Below are positions 10,315 through 18,540 of a stretch of DNA of 64,000 nucleotides, one piece after another. Position 1 is the first letter of the stretch; the number at the start of each line of letters is the position of its first letter. The notes beneath the pieces were generated by a model. It searched no databases, was not told where the DNA came from, and was given only the letters and a program-made list of their open reading frames with translations. Source of the stretch: Candidatus Levyibacteriota bacterium (GTDB taxonomy: Bacteria; Patescibacteriota; Microgenomatia; Levybacterales; UBA12049); the NCBI GenBank assembly GCA_016182185.1, contig JACOXU010000001.1:15700-79699 (forward strand), written 5' to 3'. A program made the position numbers and the translations under genes.

Positions 10315-11515
10315 TTTCTTCTTGTAATCTTTGTAAAAATTGCGAAATTTTTACCTGTCCCAAATCCCTACCTTCCCTTGTTCTAATTGTTATAACAGGA
10401 AATTTTAGGCCACTTTCAATTTCTTTGTCCCCTATTATACCCATATATGGGGTTTTTTGTAAAGTAGCATCGCGGATTTTGGCAGGCAAGGTCTCTGATC
10501 TGTCATCTATCTTAGTTCTTATACCCTTATCAGACATCTCTTTATAAATTTTTATTGCGTTTTGGCTATGTCTTTCAGAAACTGGCAGTATTACAAACTG
10601 AATAGGAGAAAGCCACAAGGGAAATACTCCCTGATAGTGTTCAGTCAAAATGCCTATAAAGCGTTCGATGGATCCAAGTATTGCGCGATGTACTATTACC
10701 GGGCGTTTTGGTTTACCGTCTTTATCAATGTATTCAAGCTTCATCTTTTCTGGTATTTGAAAATCCAACTGAATAGTTGCAAGCTGCCAATCCCGATTTT
10801 GTGAATCTTTAATGTGTATATCTATTTTCGGTCCATAAAAAGCACCATCTTTTTCTTTGATGCCATATTTAACTCTTGCATCTTTCAGCGCTTTTTCTAG
10901 ATCTTTTTCTGCTTGTCTCCAAAGTTTTACATCCCCCATGGCTTTATCTGGCCTGGTTGATAGATAAAATTCTGATCTAAAACCTAGAATTTTATAAAAG
11001 TCTGTAACCAGTAATAAAAGATCATGAATTTCTTTTTGAATTTGATCAGGGCGAACATAGAGATGTGCATCATCGATGACGAATTGACGTACTCGGAAAA
11101 GCCCTCCCAGCACGCCGGATAATTCATTTCTGTTCAATATACCAAAATCCATAAATCTGATAGGTAAGTCCTGATAACTTCTTGTTTTACTGCCATAAAT
11201 CAATGAAGCTCCCGGGCAATTCATGGGTTTAAGAGAATAAGTTTCCTTTTCAATATCGAAATTAAACATATTTTCATTGTAGTAATCCCAATGTCCGGAT
11301 TTTTTAAAGAGTGAACTCTTGACCATTACCGGAGTTGAAATTTCTTCATATCCTTGTGAAATAAGTGTTTGCCGGAGGAATTCCTGGAGAGTTTTATAAA
11401 TCACCCAGCCTTTTGGGTGCCAAAAAACTGCGCCAGGCGCATATTCATGAAAAGAAAATAAATCAAGCTCTTGACCTATTTGTCGATGATCTTTAAGGAT
11501 TGCGGATTTTTTCAT
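10298..11515 (-). CDS. thrS: threonyl-tRNA synthetase, catalytic core plus anticodon-binding domain only (no N-terminal TGS/editing domains)
   Basis: Starts directly at the class II core (DHRQIGQELDLF...FWHPKGW) and has a C-terminal anticodon-binding domain. At 405 aa it is well short of the ~640 aa of canonical ThrRS. Confidence 0.85.
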   Translation of the reverse strand: MKKSAILKDHRQIGQELDLFSFHEYAPGAVFWHPKGWVIYKTLQEFLRQTLISQGYEEISTPVMVKSSLFKKSGHWDYYNENMFNFDIEKETYSLKPMNCPGASLIYGSKTRSYQDLPIRFMDFGILNRNELSGVLGGLFRVRQFVIDDAHLYVRPDQIQKEIHDLLLLVTDFYKILGFRSEFYLSTRPDKAMGDVKLWRQAEKDLEKALKDARVKYGIKEKDGAFYGPKIDIHIKDSQNRDWQLATIQLDFQIPEKMKLEYIDKDGKPKRPVIVHRAILGSIERFIGILTEHYQGVFPLWLSPIQFVILPVSERHSQNAIKIYKEMSDKGIRTKIDDRSETLPAKIRDATLQKTPYMGIIGDKEIESGLKFPVITIRTREGRDLGQVKISQFLQRLQEEIDKKI

Positions 11516-11519
11516 TTGG

Positions 11520-11744
11520 CTATTTTATCAGTTGTGGATTGGATTGTAAAACGTATTTGGTAATTTCCGCCGTAAAGCTACCGATAAATGGAATCAAATT
11601 AATTTGTTTGAGAATTATAGTTATAATTGCGACGATCAAAGAAAACCCGATTGTAGCACCTATCGCCCAAGCAACTCCTCCGATAAAATTATTAATCACA
11701 ATTTGCTTCCATGGCTTTAATACCTTTTCGTATTTATCCATCAA
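11520..11744 (-). CDS. small membrane protein (74 aa)
   Basis: Two hydrophobic segments; lies immediately upstream of thrS on the same strand. Confidence 0.45.
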   Translation of the reverse strand: MMDKYEKVLKPWKQIVINNFIGGVAWAIGATIGFSLIVAIITIILKQINLIPFIGSFTAEITKYVLQSNPQLIK

Positions 11745-11828
11745 TAAAAGTATAGCAAAATTTAAATATCAATACTATTGCCTATTCGATTGTATTTCAG
11801 GATCAGTTTTGTTAGAATTGAGTGGCCC

Positions 11829-11905
11829 GGATCCATAGCTCAGTTGGTTAGAGCGTTGCATTGACATTGCAAAGGTCAGTGGTTCGAGTCCACTTGGATC
11901 CACCA
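11829..11905 (+). tRNA. tRNA-Val (anticodon GAC)
   Basis: Cloverleaf by eye: acceptor GGATCCA/TGGATCC, D-arm GCTCAGTTGGTTAGAGC, anticodon loop TTGACAT, T-arm AGTGGTTCGAGTCCACT, and an encoded CCA. Confidence 0.9.
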
Positions 11906-11916
11906 TAGAATAAATG

Positions 11917-12180
11917 CTAAGATCTTTTTAAGTCCTCTATAACTTTTCTATCGGGAACAAAAACAGTTACTGCTTTTCTAGTTTTACCGATTCCAGAATA
12001 GACTACTTGAGGCCTAGTAATTATCTCGCTTCTGCTATTATTAATTTCATCAAAAATTACCACTTTTTCAACCTCTCCAATTCCCGGAATTTCTTCATCA
12101 GCCACCATTCCATGTCGACTTAATATATCAAAATCTTCGTGATTGATATGGCTTTCGCCGTATTCTTTATTTCCTTGCAT
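11917..12180 (-). CDS. hypothetical protein (87 aa)
   Basis: ORF with an AGGAGGTGAATT-like RBS region upstream; no recognised motif. Confidence 0.4.
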   Translation of the reverse strand: MQGNKEYGESHINHEDFDILSRHGMVADEEIPGIGEVEKVVIFDEINNSRSEIITRPQVVYSGIGKTRKAVTVFVPDRKVIEDLKRS

Positions 12181-12201
12181 AATTCACCTCCTTTTCTCAA
12201 T

Positions 12202-12225
12202 AAAAAAACCTCCCGTATGGGAGGT
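12202..12225 (-). terminator. rho-independent terminator
   Basis: Hairpin ACCTCCC-GTAT-GGGAGGT with a U-run on the minus strand (A-run on plus). It would terminate the 12364-13011 gene transcript. Confidence 0.5.
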
Positions 12226-12363
12226 TAATGTTCTAGTTTGGTTATTTAAACCATTCCTCCCACATGCATTACCCTCCGATAAGGAGAGTCTTTGCAGCAA
12301 TAAGGAGGAATTTTCTATACATATTTTAATTTTATTAACCTAAAAATGATTTGTCAAGAGTAA

Positions 12364-13011
12364 TTACCCTGTTTGGGTCGCAACTACGCGTTCATTTGAT
12401 AATCCAAAAGTTGTACCGTGTTTGGCGAACATTGTCCAGTAGTTTTTTTTGTTTTTCCTGCTTTTCATAACAGAAAGCCAAGCCCCTGAATCTTCAATCT
12501 TCATACGGGCTGATTTTACAACAGAAAGCATCCACTGGAAAAAATTAAGATGATAATCACCCGGCTTTTCTATTCTTTGTTCAACCGTAATTTCTTTAAA
12601 TTCTGCAGCAATTTCCTGTGAAGCTTTTGCTATTTGTTTAAGCTCTGACAGAATCTCTTCTATTTTAGTCTTGAGAATTCGGGTATTCTCAAGCGTGACC
12701 TGAGTTTCTCTCTGAAGAATTTCTCGTCGGTAATCTATGGCAGGTTCGATTTCTTCAAAGCTTGATTTATCTTTTCTTTTCTTGAAAGCTTTGAGCTCAA
12801 TTTCTTCTCCTTCGGACAAGTCGCCAAATCTCTCATTTTGAGATTTGTCTTCTCCTCCTCCAAGAAGCTGTTTCCACAAATCAGAAACAGCGTCTTTTCC
12901 CAGATCTTTGACGGTTGAACTAAGCACTGCTTGTCCGATTCCCTTGAAGGATTCTATCGGATTTTGATCAACAAATGTTTTTTTCTGTTTATTTTGGGAC
13001 TTGGTATTCAT
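12364..13011 (-). CDS. hypothetical protein (215 aa)
   Basis: Long ORF with a charged, coiled-coil-like middle region; no recognised catalytic motif. Confidence 0.5.
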   Translation of the reverse strand: MNTKSQNKQKKTFVDQNPIESFKGIGQAVLSSTVKDLGKDAVSDLWKQLLGGGEDKSQNERFGDLSEGEEIELKAFKKRKDKSSFEEIEPAIDYRREILQRETQVTLENTRILKTKIEEILSELKQIAKASQEIAAEFKEITVEQRIEKPGDYHLNFFQWMLSVVKSARMKIEDSGAWLSVMKSRKNKKNYWTMFAKHGTTFGLSNERVVATQTG

Positions 13012-13026
13012 CTTGTGGAAACCTTA

Positions 13027-13854
13027 TCATAAATTCTTGAGGAAATCAAGAGTTTTTTGCTGTCTTATAATACTTGCCAGTAGATATCGGTTTCCCTCTA
13101 AATTTTTCCTTTCCGTGTCGTCTTTGGCCTTTCCTATAGTATCTGTGATTTCTTTATCTTCAACAGTTATTTTTTCTTCCTCTGCAATTTTTTGCAAGGC
13201 AAATTCAAGCTGAATATCAGTCTCTGCTTTTTTGGCAAGTTCAGCCTGCATGCTTTCTACAGTTTTATTGGTTGATGAGAGATACTGATCAAGCGTAAGT
13301 CCCAGTTTTTTTATTTCATCAAGTGTTTGAGCAAGAAGTCTTTCTACTTCCTGATCAATAATAATCTTAGGTATGGATATTGTAGTATTTTTGAGAAGTT
13401 CGGTAATTATTTCATCAAGGCTAACAGGCTTTTCTTCTTTACCGGGGATTACAATTTTACTTTTGGCTGTAATTTTTTTGACATTTTCTTTATATTTCCC
13501 AAGCTCAACGACCGGTGTTTCGCAGGTCTGGGCGGTAAATTTCCAATCTTTTCCTTCCTCCAGGCTTTGAACATGAATTCTAGGATTCATGATTGGTCTT
13601 ATGTTGTGTTTATTTATAGCTTCAGAGTATGCCTGGGGAAGTAATTTCTTTAATGCATCTTCTCTTAGCTTGTCCTTATTAACTTTTTCTTTTACGATTT
13701 TTTCTGGGGCTTTTCCTTTTCTGAAGCCTGAAACACTTGCTTCTTTGGTAATCTCCTCAACAAGTTCATCAAGAGTTTTTTTGACAAGAGTATTAGGTAT
13801 TGTAATTGTCAGAGTTATGGTTCCGTCGAGACTTTTTTCAATTATTGAATCCAT
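13027..13854 (-). CDS. tig: trigger factor, short form
   Basis: N-terminal ribosome-binding domain with GFRKGKAP (TF signature GFRxGxxP). At 275 aa versus the typical ~430 aa it is probably missing the PPIase domain. Confidence 0.7.
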   Translation of the reverse strand: MDSIIEKSLDGTITLTITIPNTLVKKTLDELVEEITKEASVSGFRKGKAPEKIVKEKVNKDKLREDALKKLLPQAYSEAINKHNIRPIMNPRIHVQSLEEGKDWKFTAQTCETPVVELGKYKENVKKITAKSKIVIPGKEEKPVSLDEIITELLKNTTISIPKIIIDQEVERLLAQTLDEIKKLGLTLDQYLSSTNKTVESMQAELAKKAETDIQLEFALQKIAEEEKITVEDKEITDTIGKAKDDTERKNLEGNRYLLASIIRQQKTLDFLKNL

Positions 13855-13864
13855 AATTTAAGTG

Positions 13865-13946
13865 TGCGGATGAGAGGACTCGGACCTCCAAGGGTTGCCC
13901 CACATGGCTCTAAACCATGCGCGTCTACCAATTCCGCCACATCCGC
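13865..13946 (-). tRNA. tRNA-Leu (anticodon TAG)
   Basis: Reverse complement GCGGATGTGGCGGAATTGGTAGACGCGCATGGTTTAGAGCCATG...; long variable arm; anticodon loop TTTAGAG. Confidence 0.85.
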
Positions 13947-13968
13947 AACCAACTGATTATAGCAAAAA

Positions 13969-14517
13969 TTAGATAGTGATTGGAAGGTTGTCCTTTAGAT
14001 TTGTCAACTTATATTTTTCGATAAGATTCATAAATCCGACTACTCTTGAAGCCCAAGTTGGAGACGCAGCATACATGCTACCAATTTCATAAACATTTTC
14101 TCCGCCCCACTTGTCTATATATCTTTCCCTAAGACTTCTTGAGATAGTTTCAATTGCCTCATTCCATGAGGAAAATCTGATGACATTATTTCCATAAATT
14201 CCCCATCCCCAGGCATTATATGAATTTGTGGGAATTTGATGACCGAATGTCGATTCTACTCCTGATATTGCGACCATAAGTCTGTAATCAAGATTGTATC
14301 GATCTGCGCTTTCTATAAAGTCCTCTGTAAACGGAGCAAGCGGTGAGTTATACTGTTTAAGAAATCTACGCAATATAGCAGCTCGATTATCATTTGATTT
14401 TGACGTATCTATTGCAAAAGCAGCGGAAGATGCAGAATGAATTTCGCGAGCTAACGCAGCTTTGGAAAATATGCTTAAAAATAAAAAAATAAAAACAGGA
14501 AATATAATCTTTTTCAT
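13969..14517 (-). CDS. secreted peptidoglycan hydrolase-like protein (lytic transglycosylase/glucosaminidase-like), paralog A
   Basis: N-terminal signal/TM segment; a VAISGVESTFG motif with an E-S catalytic-type pair; a conserved NAWGWGIYG block shared with paralog 14685-15260. Confidence 0.55.
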   Translation of the reverse strand: MKKIIFPVFIFLFLSIFSKAALAREIHSASSAAFAIDTSKSNDNRAAILRRFLKQYNSPLAPFTEDFIESADRYNLDYRLMVAISGVESTFGHQIPTNSYNAWGWGIYGNNVIRFSSWNEAIETISRSLRERYIDKWGGENVYEIGSMYAASPTWASRVVGFMNLIEKYKLTNLKDNLPITI

Positions 14518-14640
14518 AAGGTTTTAGCCCATAAACCAAGGGTTATTTAGCAGGTTTTTTGTAGGAATATCGCGTGATCAAAACCATTAAAAAATCCTAA
14601 CGTATGCATTTGGAAATGGCATACCTTAGGATCTGTCAGG

Positions 14641-14669
14641 AGTATATCATAGAACTATAGGTTTGTCAA
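14641..14669 (-). promoter_or_regulatory. sigma70-type promoter (TTGACA-17-TATACT) reading toward 13969-14517
   Basis: Minus strand: TTGACA (plus 14664-14669), a 17-nt spacer, then TATACT (plus 14641-14646). An 11-nt direct repeat AACTATAGGTT occurs at 14653-14663 and 14676-14686. Confidence 0.4.
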
Positions 14670-14684
14670 GTCTCAAACTATAGG

Positions 14685-15260
14685 TTATTCAAGGTGGTCC
14701 ATGAAGAGATTTACCGAATTTGCCCACGCTCCTGTGTTTGAGGGAGTGTATTTGGCCATAATTTCTTCAGGTGTATTTAATCCTTTACTTTTGTATTCGA
14801 TAAATAAAGTTTTTGCCACAGTGTCTATAGCCTCCTCGTAACTTGTGAATTTGGTCATTTTTTTACCATAAATTCCGAATCCCCAGCAGTTATATGAGCC
14901 TTTTGGAGCTTTTTTGCACAAATTTGATTCTTGCATGGCTATTGCAGGCAAAAGCCTGAAATCAAGTTCATATTTCTCAGAGACAGACACGAAATATTCA
15001 GCATAAGGTTCAAGGGAAGAATTATGACGGTTGAAAAATGTGCGTAGATTTTCAATTCTTTTATCAAGCGTTACTATTTCATCGTTTAAAGTGCTTTCCT
15101 GCGATGGTAGGGCCGCAAATGCGACAGGTTGGGAAATATTAGAGAAAGAATGACGGTTGACATCTGCTCCGTAAGCAAGATAAGAAAGGTAAACAAGGCT
15201 CAAGAGTAAAGTCAGAGGAGTAAGGAGGAGGAAGGTTAGCAACTTGACTATCTTTCCCAT
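14685..15260 (-). CDS. secreted peptidoglycan hydrolase-like protein, paralog B
   Basis: N-terminal TM/signal segment; AIAMQESNL (SLT-like QES motif); NCWGFGIYG block. Clearly paralogous to 13969-14517. Confidence 0.55.
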   Translation of the reverse strand: MGKIVKLLTFLLLTPLTLLLSLVYLSYLAYGADVNRHSFSNISQPVAFAALPSQESTLNDEIVTLDKRIENLRTFFNRHNSSLEPYAEYFVSVSEKYELDFRLLPAIAMQESNLCKKAPKGSYNCWGFGIYGKKMTKFTSYEEAIDTVAKTLFIEYKSKGLNTPEEIMAKYTPSNTGAWANSVNLFMDHLE

Positions 15261-15321
15261 GAATACTAATCATGGTTACATATTTGAGTAAAGATGTCAA
15301 GCTTTTAAGCCTGAAGTTTTG

Positions 15322-15393
15322 AGCGGGAGACGGGTATCGCACCCGCGACCTTCTCGTTGGCAACGAGACGTTCTACTGCTGAACTACTCCCGC
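15322..15393 (-). tRNA. tRNA-Gly (anticodon GCC), non-canonical D/T loops
   Basis: Reverse complement GCGGGAGTAGTTCAGCAGTAGAACGTCTCGTTGCCAACGAGAAGGTCGCGGGTGCGATACCCGTCTCCCGCT. The D-loop AGCAGTA has no GG. The T-loop TGCGATA reads UGC where TΨC is expected. Confidence 0.8.
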
Positions 15394-15410
15394 GCGTAAA
15401 TAATTTACTG

Positions 15411-15483
15411 TGCCGAGGGTCAGAGTCGAACTGACATAGCCTGTTCTTCAGACAGGTGCCGTGACCACCTTGGCTACCTCGGC
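15411..15483 (-). tRNA. tRNA-Phe (anticodon GAA)
   Basis: Reverse complement GCCGAGGTAGCCAAGGTGGTCACGGCACCTGTCTGAAGAACAGG...TTCGACT...CCTCGGCA. Confidence 0.9.
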
Positions 15484-15487
15484 TTTG

Positions 15488-15561
15488 TGGACTCCAGAGG
15501 GTTCGAACCTCTGACCTCCTCGGTGTAAACGAGGCGCTCTGACCAGCTGAGCTAGGAGTCC
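15488..15561 (-). tRNA. tRNA-Val (anticodon TAC)
   Basis: Reverse complement GGACTCCTAGCTCAGCTGGTCAGAGCGCCTCGTTTACACCGAGGAGGTCAGAGGTTCGAACCCTCTGGAGTCCA. Confidence 0.9.
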
Positions 15562-15600
15562 AAATAGCTTGCCCTGAGTGAGCAAAGCGAATCGAATGGG

Positions 15601-15687
15601 TGCCGAGGACAGGACTTGAACCTGCACGCCTTTTTTAAGGGCACAAGAACCTCAATCTTGCGTGTATACCAATTTCACCACCTCGGC
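15601..15687 (-). tRNA. tRNA-Leu (anticodon GAG)
   Basis: Reverse complement GCCGAGGTGGTGAAATTGGTATACACGCAAGATTGAGGTTCTTG plus a long variable arm, then GCAGGTTCAAGTCCTGTCCTCGGCA. Confidence 0.85.
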
Positions 15688-15724
15688 TTTTTGGATTATG
15701 ATTATATCAAAATCCTTAAGAATG

Positions 15725-15808
15725 TGCTCTGGGAGAGACTCGAACTCTCACGTTCTTGCGAACACTAGCTTCTGAAGCTAGCCTGTCTGCCAATTTCAGC
15801 ACCAGAGC
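15725..15808 (-). tRNA. tRNA-Leu (anticodon CAG)
   Basis: Reverse complement GCTCTGGTGCTGAAATTGGCAGACAGGCTAGCTTCAGAAGCTAG plus a long variable arm, then GAGAGTTCGAGTCTCTCCCAGAGCA. Confidence 0.85.
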
Positions 15809-15954
15809 GTGCTTGTCCTGAGATTGTCGAAGGGTCTACTATTCCGCCGCTTCGGCAAATCCGCAATTTTTGCCTCAGATTATACTCGAATTGTACCAGA
15901 ATATTTTAGACTTGACAATTCTAGGTAAATATAAGATTATAAGCATGCATCAAA

Positions 15955-16395
15955 ATGAAAATAGCAAGCCCCGCCTTCTTAAATAACGCCAAAATTCCCT
16001 CTGAATATACCTGCGATGACGAAAACATAAGCCCCCCACTTCAATTTATAGATGTCCCGAGAGATACTCAAAGCCTAGTGCTCATAGTTGATGATCCTGA
16101 TGCACCGGCCAAAACCTGGGTTCATTGGGTAGTTTACAACATTGACCGGGGCGTTCAAGATGTAAGAGAGAACTCAATACCTAAGGGTGGAATTTTAGGC
16201 ATGACTGATTTTGGACGACCGGGATGGGGAGGGCCATGTCCTCCGTCAGGAAGCCACAGATATTTTTTCAAACTGTATGCCCTAGACAGAATACTTGATC
16301 TTCCGGAAGGGATGACAAAACAGCAATTGCTTGAGAAAATGTCCGATCATGTACTAGAACAAGCACAGCTTATCGGAATTTACAGCAGAAAATAG
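15955..16395 (+). CDS. YbhB/YbcL-family phosphatidylethanolamine-binding protein (PEBP/RKIP-like)
   Basis: DPDAP...WVHWVVYNI...GY.GP.PP.GSHRYFFKLYALD matches the PEBP family signature. Confidence 0.8.
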   Translation: MKIASPAFLNNAKIPSEYTCDDENISPPLQFIDVPRDTQSLVLIVDDPDAPAKTWVHWVVYNIDRGVQDVRENSIPKGGILGMTDFGRPGWGGPCPPSGSHRYFFKLYALDRILDLPEGMTKQQLLEKMSDHVLEQAQLIGIYSRK

Positions 16396-16397
16396 TA

Positions 16398-17564
16398 TTA
16401 TTTTCTCCTTGCTTTGATATATCTTAAATAGTTTTGGCCAAAAATAAAGATAAAAAGAGTAAAAATTCCCGATACTATATAAGGCGCACTTAGATTAAAT
16501 GATGCGATCGCTCCTCCTACCAAGGGTCCTATGATTCTAGCAAGTGATCCGAAGGATTGGGAAACTCCAAGGACTATCCCCTGCTCTGAAACATCTGACT
16601 CAAGCGATATAAGAGATTGAACATTAACATTCACAAGACTTATGCCAAAAGATATAAATGGACCTATGAATAAAGCAAAAACTCCAACCGGTATTAATCC
16701 AATCGCAGTTACTGAGATTGCAAACACAATCAATGCAAGTCGTATAATTTGAGATTCGCTAAACTTTTTAAGAAGAAGTCTAATTAGAAAGACCTGGGTT
16801 ACAAATGATCCTATTCCGATTAAGCCAAAATAATATCCATTTTGAGCTTCATTCCAGCCGAATTTCATCTGGGAATATAGCGGGAAGACCCCTATTATAA
16901 GAGCCAGGGAAAGATTGACAAAAAAGAAAAGAAACATTAAAAAAAACATATTTTTTGGCCGTATTACCTCACGTGTCACTTTCCAGTTTATTAACTGAAT
17001 TTTTATATGCTTCTTAAGGGTTTTATTTGATTCAGGCAGAATAATATAAATCAAGACCGTATTTACAATAGATAATACGGCTGTAATTAAAAACGGAAAT
17101 CCGGCTGAAATACCTGAAGCAACACCTCCAACCAAGGGACCGAAGATAAAACCCAGGCCAAAAACCGCACCAAGCAGAGCCATTCTTTTGGTTCTTTCAT
17201 GGGAAGCCGATGTATCTGCGATATAGGCCTGAGCGACTGAAAGATTTGCACTTCCAATTCCTGCGATAATTCGTGCGAAAATAATAATTGGAAGACTCTG
17301 TGAGGAAAATAGCATAAGATATGAGATTGAGTTTATAAAGGAGCTTAGGATAAGAATCGGCTTTCTACCATATTTATCAGAAAGCCTTCCTAAGACTGGA
17401 GAAAAGATGAATTGAAAAAGCGAAAAAATTGCAATAACTGCTCCGACGAGAAATGCTCCTCCTCCTGTTTTTTCTATTAGAAGCGGGAGAATAGGAATCA
17501 GGATTCCAAATCCCAGAAGGTCGATGAAGGCAACGAGAAGAATCGTAAATAATTTTTTATCCAT
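16398..17564 (-). CDS. MFS transporter (DHA1-like)
   Basis: About 12 TM helices; MFS motif A GRLSDKYGRKPILI. The start is probably the internal Met (MDKKLFTILL). Confidence 0.8.
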   Translation of the reverse strand: MDKKLFTILLVAFIDLLGFGILIPILPLLIEKTGGGAFLVGAVIAIFSLFQFIFSPVLGRLSDKYGRKPILILSSFINSISYLMLFSSQSLPIIIFARIIAGIGSANLSVAQAYIADTSASHERTKRMALLGAVFGLGFIFGPLVGGVASGISAGFPFLITAVLSIVNTVLIYIILPESNKTLKKHIKIQLINWKVTREVIRPKNMFFLMFLFFFVNLSLALIIGVFPLYSQMKFGWNEAQNGYYFGLIGIGSFVTQVFLIRLLLKKFSESQIIRLALIVFAISVTAIGLIPVGVFALFIGPFISFGISLVNVNVQSLISLESDVSEQGIVLGVSQSFGSLARIIGPLVGGAIASFNLSAPYIVSGIFTLFIFIFGQNYLRYIKARRK

Positions 17565-17868
17565 AGATTCTTTGATTCCTCCCCCAGTCTCGCATTTTGG
17601 CAATAATTTCACCGAGTGATTTTCCGCGCTTGGTGATTGAATACTCAACTTTAAGTGGGATAATCGGGTAAATTTTTTTAGAGACTATTCCCTCTTTCTC
17701 TAGTTGATGAAGTCTCATTGAAAGAGTCCTGGGTGATATGTTCAAAATCCTTTGAAGTTCTCCGAATCTTCGTTTTCCATCGAAAAGCTCACGCAGAATA
17801 TTTGCCGTCCATTTAGCGCCGATTACTTTAAGAGTCGTACTGATACAGGTTTGATCATTCAATTTCAT
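17557..17868 (-). CDS. HxlR-family winged-helix transcriptional regulator
   Basis: CISTTLKVIGAKWTANILRELFDGKRRFGELQRIL...LEKEGIV matches HxlR/DUF24. Lies upstream of, and co-directional with, the MFS gene. Confidence 0.8.
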   Translation of the reverse strand: MKLNDQTCISTTLKVIGAKWTANILRELFDGKRRFGELQRILNISPRTLSMRLHQLEKEGIVSKKIYPIIPLKVEYSITKRGKSLGEIIAKMRDWGRNQRIYG

Positions 17869-17927
17869 ACTATACTTTTTGTAACTACTTTACAAACTAT
17901 AGTTATTACTGATATGATATTAACATC

Positions 17928-18539
17928 ATGAAGGATTTTAGTCAACTGGAAAATAAAAAAGTTATAGAAAAAACTATTAAAGCGCTGAGGAAAAATGGAA
18001 TCGAAGCAGAAGTTGTAGAGAATAGTGAGATGGCCAAAAAAAGAATTTATGAACTTATTCCCGAAGGCTCAGAAGTCATGATAATGTCCTCAGTTACTCT
18101 TATTAAGACAGGAATTGCCAAAGAATTAAATGAATCAGGAAGATATGATTCTGTCAAGAAAAAACTCGCCTCAATGAATAGAAAAACTCAAGGCATTGAA
18201 ATGCAAAGAATAGGCGGCGCTCCACAATATGCATTGGGCAGTGTCCATGCAGTAACGCAAGACGGCAGACTTTTGATAGCATCAAACACAGGTAGTCAGT
18301 TAGGAGCATATACTTACGGCTCAGAGCATGTTATTTGGGTTGTAGGAGCACAAAAGATTGTAGAAGATTTAGATGAAGGCATGAAAAGAGTTTATGAATA
18401 TGTTCTTCCCCTTGAAAGTGAAAGGATGAAAAGGCTTTACAATATGCCAAGTAATGTTAGTAAGCTTTTGATATTCAATAAAGAAATAGTTCCCAATAGG
18501 GTCCGTCTTATATTTATCAACGAGAAAATCGGCTACTAA
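17928..18539 (+). CDS. LUD-domain (YkgG/LutC-like, DUF162) protein
   Basis: About 200 aa with a conserved SVHAVTQDGRLLIASNTGSQ...IWVVGAQKIV core. Paralog of 27090-27710. Confidence 0.65.
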   Translation: MKDFSQLENKKVIEKTIKALRKNGIEAEVVENSEMAKKRIYELIPEGSEVMIMSSVTLIKTGIAKELNESGRYDSVKKKLASMNRKTQGIEMQRIGGAPQYALGSVHAVTQDGRLLIASNTGSQLGAYTYGSEHVIWVVGAQKIVEDLDEGMKRVYEYVLPLESERMKRLYNMPSNVSKLLIFNKEIVPNRVRLIFINEKIGY

Positions 18540-18540
18540 A

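Noticed and set aside
15139-15363. 74-aa ORF on the minus strand
   Set aside because: It overlaps tRNA-Gly(GCC) and the end of the upstream paralog gene, and has no RBS. It is an artefact of an open frame through tRNA sequence.
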